In this document: one piece after another, positions 1 through 10,838 of the stretch
Layout: each line of letters starts with the position of its first letter
Position numbering within the stretch: position 1 is the first letter of the stretch
Assembly (NCBI GenBank): GCA_964518565.1
Contig: CAZFGX010000001.1
Location: 203,046-267,045 of the forward strand
Direction: 5' to 3'
Length of the DNA: 64,000 nt
Source: an uncultured Gammaproteobacteria bacterium
GTDB lineage: Bacteria > Patescibacteriota > Microgenomatia > CAZETR01 > Amesbacteraceae
Position numbers and translations under genes: made by a program
Notes under the pieces: generated by a model
Told to the model about the DNA's origin: nothing
What the model saw: the letters and a program-made list of their open reading frames with translations, nothing else
Database searches by the model: none

Positions 1-2
1 TT

Positions 3-506
3 GAGTTTTTAAAAACAGAAAAAATTAATCCAACCGTCTTTGTAATTGCCGATCCCAAAAAGGCAAATACGAAAGAGCTTGGTATAAACAACAAATTATT
101 GTCAATTTCGCAAATAAAGAAACTTATTTCTTATGGATGGGCTATTGGGTGCCATAGTATGACTCATCCAGATTTTAGTTCATTATCAAAACAAGAATTA
201 GATAAAGAAGTGTCCGGAGCAAAAAAACTTCTCGAATCAAAATTAAATACAAAAATAAAATATTTTGCTTTTCCTAAAGGAGTTTATAGTAACCAAATCG
301 TCTCTCAAATAAAAAAGTCAGGATTCTCCCTGGCAGTATCAATGGACGATGGTAAGGTGACGGCATCAAATATCTACAATCTGCCCCGCGTAGGTGTAGA
401 TAGATCACATTCAATTTCGGAGGTAATGACAACAGTTCGACCAAGTGTTGTTGCATTTAGAGGATTAATTAAAAAAAGCCTATTAAAAAACATAATCCAT
501 ATATGA
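3..506 (+). CDS. Polysaccharide deacetylase (CE4/NodB, IcaB/PgaB-like), 5'-truncated by window edge
   Basis: Frame is open from base 3; CE4 motifs GCHSMTHP, FAFPKG and NLPRVG. Confidence 0.85.
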   Translation, partial: EFLKTEKINPTVFVIADPKKANTKELGINNKLLSISQIKKLISYGWAIGCHSMTHPDFSSLSKQELDKEVSGAKKLLESKLNTKIKYFAFPKGVYSNQIVSQIKKSGFSLAVSMDDGKVTASNIYNLPRVGVDRSHSISEVMTTVRPSVVAFRGLIKKSLLKNIIHI

Positions 507-1411
507 AAACCGTAACAATTGGTATTGCCGCATATAACGCTGAACGAAATATCACAAAATTGATTGATATTTTGTTAGGTCAAAATATCAAAAACTGGAA
601 ATTCGATATGCTACTAATTCATTCAGATTGTAGTACAGATCAAACAGTAACTAATATCCAAAAAATTAAAAATCCAAAATTAAAAATAATTGATAATAAG
701 GATAGACGTGGGTTTGCTGGATCTGTAAAAAAAATCTTAAGTATCTCAAAATCAGATATAACCTTGTTGTTAAATGATGATATTAAAATTGACGATAAAA
801 ATTTTGTTGAAAAAATCGTCAGGGCGTTTAACTCTGATAAAAGAATAGGATTAGCAACTGCTCGTCCTGTGCCACTTACGCCGCACTCATTTATTGAAAA
901 ATCCGTTATCTCTACTATTACAGCGTATGAAAACACCATTTATGGCGAAAAAATTCAAAATAGCATTTTCACTTGTGATGGAAAGGTTATGGCAATTGGA
1001 AAAGAATTTAAATCAAAAATTAAGTTTCCAGAAAATATCACTTTAGCGGGAAATGTTGATTCGTATATCTATTTATCTAATAAAATAAATGGGTTTAAAT
1101 ATCAACATATAGAGGAAGCAAAAGTGTTATTCAGATGCCCATCAACCTTAAAAGACTGGATCCGCTGGACGTCTAGAAACAATGCCGATAAACTAGTATT
1201 AAAACAAATTTTTGGACCAACAGTAGAGTCAGAATTTGTGTTTCCAAAACCCAATCAGCTATTAAAAAATAAACTTATGGCTACAGTCAGACATCCAGTT
1301 GAGTCAATTTTTGCATTTTTTGTTGGCCAATATTGTCGAATGAAAGCTCAAAATTATTCAACTTGGTTGACCGCCAAGTGGGACGTAGTAGCCACATCAA
1401 AATTGCTATGA
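503..1411 (+). CDS. Glycosyltransferase family 2
   Basis: N-terminal TIGIAAYN, DCSTD and LLNDD motifs; ATGA overlaps with both neighbours. Confidence 0.85.
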   Translation: MKTVTIGIAAYNAERNITKLIDILLGQNIKNWKFDMLLIHSDCSTDQTVTNIQKIKNPKLKIIDNKDRRGFAGSVKKILSISKSDITLLLNDDIKIDDKNFVEKIVRAFNSDKRIGLATARPVPLTPHSFIEKSVISTITAYENTIYGEKIQNSIFTCDGKVMAIGKEFKSKIKFPENITLAGNVDSYIYLSNKINGFKYQHIEEAKVLFRCPSTLKDWIRWTSRNNADKLVLKQIFGPTVESEFVFPKPNQLLKNKLMATVRHPVESIFAFFVGQYCRMKAQNYSTWLTAKWDVVATSKLL

Positions 1412-2913
1412 TAAAAAAACTGTTCATCTATACCATAAGCGCGCTACTGATGCTTTTATTAGCAGTTCTAAGTATAAAAGGTCAGGGATTGCGATTTGAA
1501 ACACAGTATACCCAGGATTTAGGAGGTCCATATGAAGCTTCAAATAGTCGTGGTCGTTATATGTTGATCCAAGCAATCGTAGATTCTGGAACGTTTTTTT
1601 TGAATAAAGAGCAAGCAGCATTTTCTCTTCCTGACTTGACTATCTTTAATGGAAAATATATCTCAATTTTTACACCAGGAATTTCATTTTTGGCAGTACC
1701 GTTCTATATACTTGGAAAATCACTTGGTGCAGCTCAACTTACCACATTTGCAATGAATATTTTTATAGGTATTGCAAATGTATATTTAGTGTACGCCCTA
1801 ACACGAAAAATTGGCGTATCTCCAACCTCGTCAGCTATATGTGGATTTTTATTTTTATTCGGCACAAATACCCTGTCCTATTCAACTACACTAACACAGC
1901 ATCCGTTGAGCGCAGCTCTTGTGTTGGTCGGACTCCTCAGTGTGGCAGGTAAACCAACTATATTGAAGAACTTAACTCTCGGGTACATGTTTGGACTTGC
2001 TGCAATGACTGACATTCCCAATATATTATTATTTGCACCCATACTTTTGTATGCTGCTGCAAAACAAATAAATATTAAATATATTAATGATACAAAAACA
2101 ATCGAATTTTCCGGAAAAACTCTAGCCATCGCTCTTGGGGCAATCCCTTTCATATTTGCTTTTGCCTGGTACAACCATCGATTGACAGGATCTTATACTT
2201 CCGTACCTCAGCTTGTTGGTCGAAGTACTACGGTTGAAATTCAGGAGTCTAATATACCTAAGCCCAAAACTGAATTAGCATTTGCTCCTACTCATTTTGC
2301 CTTAAATCCTCGCAACATGATCCGGGGTGTATATACACTCGTAATTAGTTCTGAACGAAGTTGGATATACTATAGTCCATTCTTGGTGGTAGCAATTTTA
2401 GGCCTTGCGATCGGTTCCAGAAAGGAAAATACGTATAAATCATTAATTACTCTGTGTTTGAGCGCTGGAATAGTAAATATGATTGTGTACAGTTTGTTTG
2501 GTGATCCGTGGGGTGGTTGGGCATTTGGTCCTAGATATCTCATTCCTGGAGCCGCAGTACTTACACCAGGTTTGGGAATAATTTTAGACAAATACTCCAA
2601 AAAAATCCCTATTGTGATGTTTTTGTTTACTATTAGTTTGTACAGTGTGGCGATTAGTCTAGCTGGAAGCTTAACAACAAATCTTATACCACCTAAAGTA
2701 GAAGCTGACCATTTAACATCAGGACAAGGATATAACTACAAATATAATTTTGAGCTGTTATTCCAAAAAAACCAAACAGGTTCACTGATCTATAACACCT
2801 GGATATCATCAAAATTGAGTGCGAGCCAATATTATTTGATCTACGTTTTTATCACTATCACTCCTCTGGCATTTCTATTTGCCTTATTAACTATTTCAAA
2901 AAAATATGACTAA
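1408..2913 (+). CDS. Multi-pass membrane protein, probable GT-C glycosyltransferase
   Basis: About 11 hydrophobic segments and WGGWAFGPRYLIP motif; start moved to ATG 1408 (ATGA coupling). Confidence 0.65.
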   Translation: MIKKLFIYTISALLMLLLAVLSIKGQGLRFETQYTQDLGGPYEASNSRGRYMLIQAIVDSGTFFLNKEQAAFSLPDLTIFNGKYISIFTPGISFLAVPFYILGKSLGAAQLTTFAMNIFIGIANVYLVYALTRKIGVSPTSSAICGFLFLFGTNTLSYSTTLTQHPLSAALVLVGLLSVAGKPTILKNLTLGYMFGLAAMTDIPNILLFAPILLYAAAKQINIKYINDTKTIEFSGKTLAIALGAIPFIFAFAWYNHRLTGSYTSVPQLVGRSTTVEIQESNIPKPKTELAFAPTHFALNPRNMIRGVYTLVISSERSWIYYSPFLVVAILGLAIGSRKENTYKSLITLCLSAGIVNMIVYSLFGDPWGGWAFGPRYLIPGAAVLTPGLGIILDKYSKKIPIVMFLFTISLYSVAISLAGSLTTNLIPPKVEADHLTSGQGYNYKYNFELLFQKNQTGSLIYNTWISSKLSASQYYLIYVFITITPLAFLFALLTISKKYD

Positions 2914-4516
2914 GTTTAAATCTTTTTCTATACGACTACGTACGCCAGGATCTAACTTCTGGCCTCAGTGGTTTTTGCCATTATTAGGAGTGATGTTGAT
3001 GGTAATTTCAATATGCTCATTTGTCTATTTCTCTGAAATTAATCTCACGCTTGCATACAACGACGCTCGGTCACATTTGAACATAGGTCGGCGTGTAGTT
3101 GAAGGGCTAAAACCAGGTCTAGCTCAGTTAGGTTCTGTATGGTTGCCACTCACACATCTACTAATGGCGCCTACAATTTGGAACGACACGATGTGGCATA
3201 CCGGGTTAGCTGGTGCCATGCAATCTATGCTCGCATTCATTATTACTGGGCTGCTTATCTCTACTATCTTGAATCGTTTAGGGGTTAATAGGCTAGGGCA
3301 ATTAATCGCCGTATTAATATTTGCCACAAACTTAAATATTTTATATTTACAGTCTACTGCAATGACTGAGTTGATGCTATTAGTCACGATGACAGCTGGT
3401 TGTTACTATCTGATCAAATGGCATCAAAATGATGCCGTATTAGATCTGGTGAAGTCGGGCTTTTGGATCATGCTTTCTACGCTTATCCGCTACGATGGCT
3501 GGTTTTTATTGTTAGTGGCATCAGCTCTAGTAGCATGGAATACCTTTAAAAAGCATAATATCAGAACCGCTGAAGGTACGGTTGTATTATTTTGTTCTTT
3601 GGCTGGATTTGGAATTGCCCTCTGGTTTTTATGGAATCTGCTAATCTTTAAAGATCCTTTATATTTTGCGTTTGGACCTTTCTCCGCGCACACCCAACAA
3701 GAACAACTTTTAGCCTCTGGTGGGCTACCCACAAAAGGCAATCTGGTTTTGTCTTCAGAGGTATATCTATATGCTCTTTTATATAATTCATATAGTTTGC
3801 CCGCAATTATTGCACTTGTTGGACTTATTTGTTTCATTTCTGACCGCTCACTCCCATCAAGTTCACGGATGGCTGGATTGTCACTGCTTGCGCCATTAGT
3901 GTTTAATGTCGTTGCGCTTTATATGGGACATTCTGTGCTATATTTGCCAGATTTTTCTGGAAATAGTTGGTTCAATATTCGATACGGAGTAATGACCATC
4001 CCCGCAATCGCTATTTTTTGTGGCTATGCAATAAAACGACTTACTCAGGCTAAATGGTTAATCATAGGCACGTTAATGTTAGTAATAGGGCTAGCCTTCT
4101 TCAACCATGATGCTGTGACAGTAGATGACGCACGTTATGGTAGTAGCCAAAAAAATGTGACCGAAGTCGCGGGCTTCCTCAATGTTCATGCCAAAAATCA
4201 GAAAGAATTCATTCTTATTTCAGCGGCTTCGCACGACGCTATTATTTTTTCCTCAGGTCTGCCAATGAAAAGATTTATTCACGAAGGTACGGGGGCATAC
4301 TGGGATTCTGCAACAATCAATCCTGACAGATGGGCACGTTGGATAATTATGCGCACCTATGATAATAGTGACTTGACCTGGAAAAACGTCAACAAAACCC
4401 CTGGATTTAGTAGATATGACTTAGTGGGTCATTATCCATTTGCAGATATTTACGAACTTAAACCGGAATTTGTCCCTCAACTGATCACCACCCCCATCTT
4501 CGCCAACCAGAAATAA
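2906..4516 (+). CDS. GT-C (PMT/ArnT-like) membrane glycosyltransferase
   Basis: First loop YNDARSH, AMTE, LIRYDGW and NIRY motifs; many TM helices plus a C-terminal soluble domain. Confidence 0.7.
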   Translation: MTKFKSFSIRLRTPGSNFWPQWFLPLLGVMLMVISICSFVYFSEINLTLAYNDARSHLNIGRRVVEGLKPGLAQLGSVWLPLTHLLMAPTIWNDTMWHTGLAGAMQSMLAFIITGLLISTILNRLGVNRLGQLIAVLIFATNLNILYLQSTAMTELMLLVTMTAGCYYLIKWHQNDAVLDLVKSGFWIMLSTLIRYDGWFLLLVASALVAWNTFKKHNIRTAEGTVVLFCSLAGFGIALWFLWNLLIFKDPLYFAFGPFSAHTQQEQLLASGGLPTKGNLVLSSEVYLYALLYNSYSLPAIIALVGLICFISDRSLPSSSRMAGLSLLAPLVFNVVALYMGHSVLYLPDFSGNSWFNIRYGVMTIPAIAIFCGYAIKRLTQAKWLIIGTLMLVIGLAFFNHDAVTVDDARYGSSQKNVTEVAGFLNVHAKNQKEFILISAASHDAIIFSSGLPMKRFIHEGTGAYWDSATINPDRWARWIIMRTYDNSDLTWKNVNKTPGFSRYDLVGHYPFADIYELKPEFVPQLITTPIFANQK

Positions 4517-4562
4517 ATCTCGGGTTGTGCATAATACCCTATAGTTGTATAATTATCCCCAT

Positions 4563-6617
4563 ATGAAACTCGTCACCACAGTTATAAATCAGATCGATGA
4601 TCAGGACAAAAACCGATTTGATTCAACAAAAAAAACAAACAAGTTAAAAAGTCTTATAGTCGATATGCTATTGCTCATCCTTGTTGCAAGTATCGGCTTC
4701 ACCCATATTTATTATCTGGTAAACAGTCAATTATTTTCTACCGGATATAGTGACTGGTTAATCCAAGCTTTTCGAGTGCGTTTTATATCAGAATTTGGGC
4801 TCAGCTCTTGGACACATCTTTGGTCAAACGGAATCAGTTTGTGGAGAGGTTATCAGTTCTTACCACATATTCTTACTTCTGAAATTACCAAAATATTCCA
4901 AATAGAAATTACCCGAGCAATGGTCATCTTGACCGTCATTCAGTTTATTGGAATGAGATTTATAATATATGCCTTAGCTAGATCGCAAAAATTCTCAGCT
5001 ATAACTGGCTTAGTTGCTGTAATTCTTTCCTATGATATTGGTCAATATTGGGGAGGAGTAAATGATTACTCTATTTTATTTGGCTTTACAATTTTTCCAT
5101 TATATTTGGCTATATGGATCCAATATACCAAAGGTCGTATGCAATGGGTTCTCCCTTACATACTAGGAATAGCTTTTTATATCCATCCATTATTAGCCGT
5201 ATATTCTGCTGGATTGTGGTTTACAGGTCTGTTGTTCAAAAGTTTATCAAGACCAAGACCAAAAATCTTATTCGCTCAATTGGCCATTTTTGTTGCAAGC
5301 AGTTCACTTTTTTGGGTTCAGCATATCTCGGGGTATGTAAAAAACTATTCTTCGCCTTTTTTTATCAGTTTGGCATTTTTTAAACAAACACTGGCAAATT
5401 TTTCGGCTCTTGGTTTGAGTATTGCCGTACTTATTGGCGGGGGTGTATTGTGGGTAACGCTTCCCACTATTAGTCAATCGGCCCGTTGGACCAGGGCAAT
5501 AGCACTCTACAGTCTAATTTGTCTTGTTGGTGTATTAATTTCTATTAACGTTCAGTTGCCAGGGATAATTGCGGAAACACAGTTTAGTCGAGGTATGACA
5601 TTTATCGCTTTAGCAATAATCGTTGGATTGATGCCTATAATTGAGAAAATAAAACAATCCCCGAGCTCGACACTCAAGTATCTTTTTGTGGCGTGTATCT
5701 CGCTGAGTATGGTCGAATCTTTTTGGATTTCAGGATCATTTGCCCCTCACTCAGGCCTACCGATAGAAGACCCTGTTGTAGCACTTCAAAAAAAATATCC
5801 CGAAATGAATATTCAAAATTCTCGTATTTGGACTCCTTATCTTGATGTTGCAAATAATAAAGCAACATTAAATGAAAAATACCCTAATTCTTATATGACA
5901 CATTCAGATTCTAATCAGGTCTCTGTCCGTTTAAGCAATTTACTTCTATACAACTCATTTCAAGATCGTGTGCCGAATGTCTCTCTTGATCGAGTAAAAC
6001 AATACATGCAAATCACCGCAACGCCATATGTGATATTTGAAAAAAACTCTCCTTTTGTTCGTTCCATTTCAGTTGACGATTCCGATATTAAAGACTTAGG
6101 CGATATAGAGTTAAAACGAAATATATTTCATGCCTATAAACTACTCAATGTCTCGCAGTCAGCAATCATTATTGATCCAACTCAAATACAAAAACTAGTT
6201 AAATTCCCAGAATCATTAAATCCAGCTGACCCACTAGATCAAACTTCTCTTGATCAGTATGTCTCCGAGTGGGTGAATATGGTATATGATCCAAAAAACC
6301 AACCAGTCACGATTCAGTACTCTGCGCAAGACACATTAGATATTTCAATTCCAAAACAACGCCTTTCAAACACCGTTTATATCCCTGAAAGTTATTCCAA
6401 AAATTGGCAAGGCTGGTTCAATGGTCAAAAAGTAGATATTACTCCTGTTGGTCCAAATTTTATAAGAGTAGATATGCATCAATCTGGGTCGTATGGATTG
6501 CTAATTCTAAAACATAATTGGCCTACTATTTGGTATATATCTTTGGCGACAATTTTATTGCTACCGGCTTTGTATATTGTTTTAAAAACAACACATCTTG
6601 TTATCTCAACTAAATAA
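4563..6617 (+). CDS. GT-C-like membrane protein (PTPS-related/YfhO-like) with C-terminal extracellular domain
   Basis: N-terminal WTHLWSNG...YQFLPH loop; ESYSKNW-type C-terminal domain followed by a final TM helix; start ATG 4563. Confidence 0.6.
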   Translation: MKLVTTVINQIDDQDKNRFDSTKKTNKLKSLIVDMLLLILVASIGFTHIYYLVNSQLFSTGYSDWLIQAFRVRFISEFGLSSWTHLWSNGISLWRGYQFLPHILTSEITKIFQIEITRAMVILTVIQFIGMRFIIYALARSQKFSAITGLVAVILSYDIGQYWGGVNDYSILFGFTIFPLYLAIWIQYTKGRMQWVLPYILGIAFYIHPLLAVYSAGLWFTGLLFKSLSRPRPKILFAQLAIFVASSSLFWVQHISGYVKNYSSPFFISLAFFKQTLANFSALGLSIAVLIGGGVLWVTLPTISQSARWTRAIALYSLICLVGVLISINVQLPGIIAETQFSRGMTFIALAIIVGLMPIIEKIKQSPSSTLKYLFVACISLSMVESFWISGSFAPHSGLPIEDPVVALQKKYPEMNIQNSRIWTPYLDVANNKATLNEKYPNSYMTHSDSNQVSVRLSNLLLYNSFQDRVPNVSLDRVKQYMQITATPYVIFEKNSPFVRSISVDDSDIKDLGDIELKRNIFHAYKLLNVSQSAIIIDPTQIQKLVKFPESLNPADPLDQTSLDQYVSEWVNMVYDPKNQPVTIQYSAQDTLDISIPKQRLSNTVYIPESYSKNWQGWFNGQKVDITPVGPNFIRVDMHQSGSYGLLILKHNWPTIWYISLATILLLPALYIVLKTTHLVISTK

Positions 6618-6618
6618 T

Positions 6619-8097
6619 ATGTTTCATCGTTTACAACCTCTACCTATTTCACTTTTACTCTTTATCACCTTGACACCCTTGGCTATTTTTTACTATGCAA
6701 TATATGTATTTAATCCTGCAAACATTGGGTTTTTGCCTCTATATATATTTCAGGTTGCAGCAGACACGATTTCTATCCTGATTGCCACATCACTTTGGCT
6801 CACTCTTCTCTTAGACATTCTTCAGCCTGAACACCATAAACGAAAGTTGCAAAACAATCCTGAATGGCTCAAAAAAAATCAAGTCACAGTAGACGTGTTT
6901 GTAACCGTACTCAATGAACCCATTGAAATAGTCACCGGCACACTCCAAGCGGCCGTGGATATGGATTATCCTCATAAAACGTTTCTACTTGACGATGGTA
7001 ACTCAGCTGAAATGAAACAAATTGCTGACCAACTTAATATTGAGTACATAGCTCGTCCAGTCACAGGCCGAAAACATGCAAAAGCCGGAAATATTAACTA
7101 CGGTCTCCAACGCACTCATGGAGAGTTTTTTGCGATATTCGATGCAGATTTTTCTCCGCGAAAAAATTTTCTTACTAAATTACTCCCATTTTTTGAAAAT
7201 AAAAAAATCGCTTTAGTGCAAACACCTCAATCATATAGTAATACGCACAATTTTATAGCCAGTGGTACAGCACAAGCTCAGGAAATTTTTTATAAATTCG
7301 TCATGCCAGCAAAAAATAGTTACAATGCGGCATTTTGCGTGGGGACAAATATGATTTACCGTCGCGATTCAATTAATCAAATTGGGGGAATTGCCAAATT
7401 AGACCACTCAGAAGATATTTGGACAACAATCAACTTACATGAAAAAGGTTATGAGTCAGTTTTTTATCATCAAGTATTGGCTACTGGAAGAGCGCCTGAG
7501 ACAGTATCTGCTTTCTTTAGGCAGCAAAATCGCTGGTCACAAGGTGGATTCTCACTCATGTTCACGAATAACCCCCTATTTAGCAAGTCATTAACAGTCG
7601 ACCAAAAAATACAATACTTTCTCTCAAACATCTTTTTCTTTAGTGGCTTTTCAATACTTATTTATTTATTGTTACCACTAACCTTTCTATTATTTGGCAT
7701 TCACCCTATGAAGCTAAACTCGTTGGAGTGGATAAAGCATTATGTACCATTTTTTCTTGCGATGTATATCATGCCCCTGACATTAATAGGTAAACCAAAA
7801 CTTGCAACAATCAGTGTTGCTCTGGCCAGCTTTTATCCGTATATCCAGGGTTTTTTTTCAACATTATTTCAGTCAAAGTTTATTTGGGTACCTACAGAAG
7901 CCAAAAAGAAAATACCAAGCCTAATTTCAATGCAAATCTGGCCACATCTATTTATTATTTTTGTCTCACTTTTCTCTCTTATTATAGGATGGTATAATGC
8001 AAACGACATCACGACAACTGTGGCTACGAGTATTTGGGTATCATTAAACACATATATTTTATTTTCATTTTTAAAAAATAGCCAAATAAAAAGCTAA
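6619..8097 (+). CDS. Processive beta-glucan synthase (BcsA/CrdS-like GT2), no PilZ domain
   Basis: DDG, HAKAGN, FDADF, QTPQ, FCVGT, SED and QQNRW motifs; N- and C-terminal TM helices; ends right after the last TM helix. Confidence 0.9.
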   Translation: MFHRLQPLPISLLLFITLTPLAIFYYAIYVFNPANIGFLPLYIFQVAADTISILIATSLWLTLLLDILQPEHHKRKLQNNPEWLKKNQVTVDVFVTVLNEPIEIVTGTLQAAVDMDYPHKTFLLDDGNSAEMKQIADQLNIEYIARPVTGRKHAKAGNINYGLQRTHGEFFAIFDADFSPRKNFLTKLLPFFENKKIALVQTPQSYSNTHNFIASGTAQAQEIFYKFVMPAKNSYNAAFCVGTNMIYRRDSINQIGGIAKLDHSEDIWTTINLHEKGYESVFYHQVLATGRAPETVSAFFRQQNRWSQGGFSLMFTNNPLFSKSLTVDQKIQYFLSNIFFFSGFSILIYLLLPLTFLLFGIHPMKLNSLEWIKHYVPFFLAMYIMPLTLIGKPKLATISVALASFYPYIQGFFSTLFQSKFIWVPTEAKKKIPSLISMQIWPHLFIIFVSLFSLIIGWYNANDITTTVATSIWVSLNTYILFSFLKNSQIKS

Positions 8098-8103
8098 ATC
8101 AAT

Positions 8104-8892
8104 ATGTTTATACAAAAAATTATTCGATCAAGTATTGATATTTTTGTCATATTTTTCATATTTGTTTTTTCTGTAGTTATTTCAACTATAGGTTTAACCG
8201 TAAAAGCAAATCAGTACAAATCTGAAAAAAATAACATAGTCAAAATCACTGTATATAAAAAGCCTATTCCCATACTTTCAACCACAAAAGGAATCATCCA
8301 AAAAGTTCACGTTAGGCCGGGTCAGGAAGTGCGAAGAGGCGACATCTTAGTAGAAATCGACAACCCAGTGTTAAAAGGTAAGATCACTGCCTTACAAAAC
8401 TATCCAGACAATCTATCAGCCAGAACTGAAGCTGAAGTTGCTCAAATCGAGTTAAATTATTTAAATGTTCCCTCACCAGTTGATGGTGTAGTTGGCGAAA
8501 TTCAAGTAACAGATGGAGTACCTGTCCAAGAGTTAACCCCATTGCTATCTTTGTATTCAAATGAAGATGTGACACTGACTACAAGTTTATATACCGATCA
8601 GTATTTACAACTCAAACAACAATCACTGGTAAAAGCCTATAACGAAAGATTAAACCAGACATTCCTCCTCACTCCATCTTTAGTTCGACCAGATATCGAA
8701 ATTCCTGTCGATCAAACCGATCAAAAAAAGATTGGGTTATATTTCAATCTCTTGCATAAAGAAGAAGCAGCTAGCCTTTTACAAAATGAAGATATGGAAT
8801 TGAGTACGAGTGTGGATGCTGCCGAAAACCCAAATCGCCCAATAGATTACGTTATTAATTTTTGGAATAGAATCCTTTTCGCATCCGAGTGA
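8104..8892 (+). CDS. HlyD/membrane-fusion-like protein with biotinyl-lipoyl halves
   Basis: N-terminal TM helix; GIIQKVHVRPGQEVRRGDILVEI and SPVDGVV lipoyl half-motifs. Confidence 0.75.
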   Translation: MFIQKIIRSSIDIFVIFFIFVFSVVISTIGLTVKANQYKSEKNNIVKITVYKKPIPILSTTKGIIQKVHVRPGQEVRRGDILVEIDNPVLKGKITALQNYPDNLSARTEAEVAQIELNYLNVPSPVDGVVGEIQVTDGVPVQELTPLLSLYSNEDVTLTTSLYTDQYLQLKQQSLVKAYNERLNQTFLLTPSLVRPDIEIPVDQTDQKKIGLYFNLLHKEEAASLLQNEDMELSTSVDAAENPNRPIDYVINFWNRILFASE

Positions 8893-10787
8893 AATTAGCA
8901 ATCTTTTTGGTCTCCATCTTCGCACTCTCTGCGCTGTTCGTTTGGTTTTTTTTCTCGCCAGAGAAAAAAAACACTTCAATTGAACAACCAACTTCAAAAT
9001 CAAGTCATTCTCTATCCACAATAAAATCAAATAAATGGTTTAGTTCTATATACAAAGGTATACCAACTGCACCACTATATGCTCAGCCATTGGTGTATAA
9101 ATTTACGGATAAAGGAATACAAATTTCTTACCCAAAAATTGTTGTCGAGCCAAATACAATCTTCAGCCCTTTTACCTCTGATATTCAAATAGGTATCGGA
9201 CAAACCATTTCTTCACTAGAACCAGCTCAGATAGGGGATTGGCATATCAAAGTAAAAGCAAGTTCACAGACCGAAAATTTTTTGACAACTATTGGTCAAG
9301 GTCTTCCATATACTTATTTACATTCATCAACTAAAAATTGGCAAATTGATTTCGAAACTGGATATACCACAATAAATAAAACAAATACTTCTCAAACAGT
9401 TATGACAAATGAAAATCTATACCTCATCGTCTGGGATAAATCCGCTACTCTCGATGAGAGTGAACACCAAATAAAAATTAGTAACTCAGAAAAACTTTTT
9501 ATTGCTGTACTCGATGATAAAGAACACGAAAATTTATTTAAACAAATCAGTGAAGGGGCAATTGAATCAACTCAGGTTTCTTGGACAATAGATGCAGATA
9601 CGATAAAAGAAAATTTTCAAATTCAGCAACAAGCCAAATCACTCATTGCAATATTGCCTCATCAATATGCTGGACTCGTCCAAACATTCCCAGCTTTGGG
9701 TCAATATCGTAGCATACGTGGTCCAATGACATTAATACAAACAAATAAATTTCAAATAAAAATTTTTAGAATCACTCCTCCAGAATCATTTTCCATAATG
9801 GATTCTCCTGATTCCACTTTACTAAATAGTTTTATCCAAGACTCAAATGAATTGTTAAACAATCCTATCCCAGAAAGCAAAAATTATGGCCTGAGTGTCT
9901 GGATGGGAAAAATGGCAAATCAAATTGAACTAGCAAATGCCCTCAGGCAAGAAGCAGAAAAAAAACTTCTCATTACTCGTGCCGGAGAAGCATTAGAAGC
10001 TATCAATGAGTGGTATGAATATGATTCTAGACAACAAAGCATTGTGTCCAAGAGTCCTGAATTTGGCAACGAACGGTTAAACGACCACCACTTCCATTAT
10101 GGTTATGTCATTCGATTGGCCGCTATTTTGAAAAGGTATGGATATCAAATCCCGGAAGCAACCCAGCTTCGTATCAATGAAATTGTTCAAGATATCGCCA
10201 CCAATGACAGACAATCTGATCGCTTCCCGTTTGTAAGAAATTTTGATTTTTACGAAGGCCATTCCTGGGCAGATGGCTATGCCCAGTTTGCAGACGGACA
10301 AAACCAGGAGTCGAGTTCTGAAGCCATAAATGCCTGGTATGGATTATATTTATGGGCAAAGGTAAATTCAGATCCTGAAACCGAAAAATTAGCAATATTC
10401 TTATTTAATAGTGAAATCTACAGCACCAAGTATTACTGGTTTAATATTGGCAATATCTATCCCAAGCCGTATGAGCACGCAATTGCGTCACTAGTTTGGG
10501 GTGGAAAAGTAGATTTCACTACCTGGTTCGGTAATGACACAAATTTCAAGTATGGTATTCAGATTCTGCCTGTTACCCCTGCGTCAGGCTATCTCAAGAC
10601 TATTCCTAACTTTTTCAACTATGAAGGGGATTTTTTGCGCAGTGGTGGCAGCTATGATCGACCCTGGGGGGAACTTATGCAATTTTGGAAATCCCAATCG
10701 ACACGAGAAATTAGCCTCGATATGCTGCCAAAACAGCCAGAAACCACCCCAAGGTCAATTTTAGAATATTTTCTGCTTGCCGAGTAA
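8889..10787 (+). CDS. GH81 endo-beta-1,3-glucanase, N-terminally membrane anchored
   Basis: NDHHFHYGY, RNFDFYEGHSWADG, NQESSSEA and GIQILP motifs of GH81; GTG start. Confidence 0.9.
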   Translation: MKLAIFLVSIFALSALFVWFFFSPEKKNTSIEQPTSKSSHSLSTIKSNKWFSSIYKGIPTAPLYAQPLVYKFTDKGIQISYPKIVVEPNTIFSPFTSDIQIGIGQTISSLEPAQIGDWHIKVKASSQTENFLTTIGQGLPYTYLHSSTKNWQIDFETGYTTINKTNTSQTVMTNENLYLIVWDKSATLDESEHQIKISNSEKLFIAVLDDKEHENLFKQISEGAIESTQVSWTIDADTIKENFQIQQQAKSLIAILPHQYAGLVQTFPALGQYRSIRGPMTLIQTNKFQIKIFRITPPESFSIMDSPDSTLLNSFIQDSNELLNNPIPESKNYGLSVWMGKMANQIELANALRQEAEKKLLITRAGEALEAINEWYEYDSRQQSIVSKSPEFGNERLNDHHFHYGYVIRLAAILKRYGYQIPEATQLRINEIVQDIATNDRQSDRFPFVRNFDFYEGHSWADGYAQFADGQNQESSSEAINAWYGLYLWAKVNSDPETEKLAIFLFNSEIYSTKYYWFNIGNIYPKPYEHAIASLVWGGKVDFTTWFGNDTNFKYGIQILPVTPASGYLKTIPNFFNYEGDFLRSGGSYDRPWGELMQFWKSQSTREISLDMLPKQPETTPRSILEYFLLAE

Positions 10788-10838
10788 TTGACTATAGGGT
10801 ATAATGCCTTTACTTCCTGCTCTCCTAAACACCGTCTC

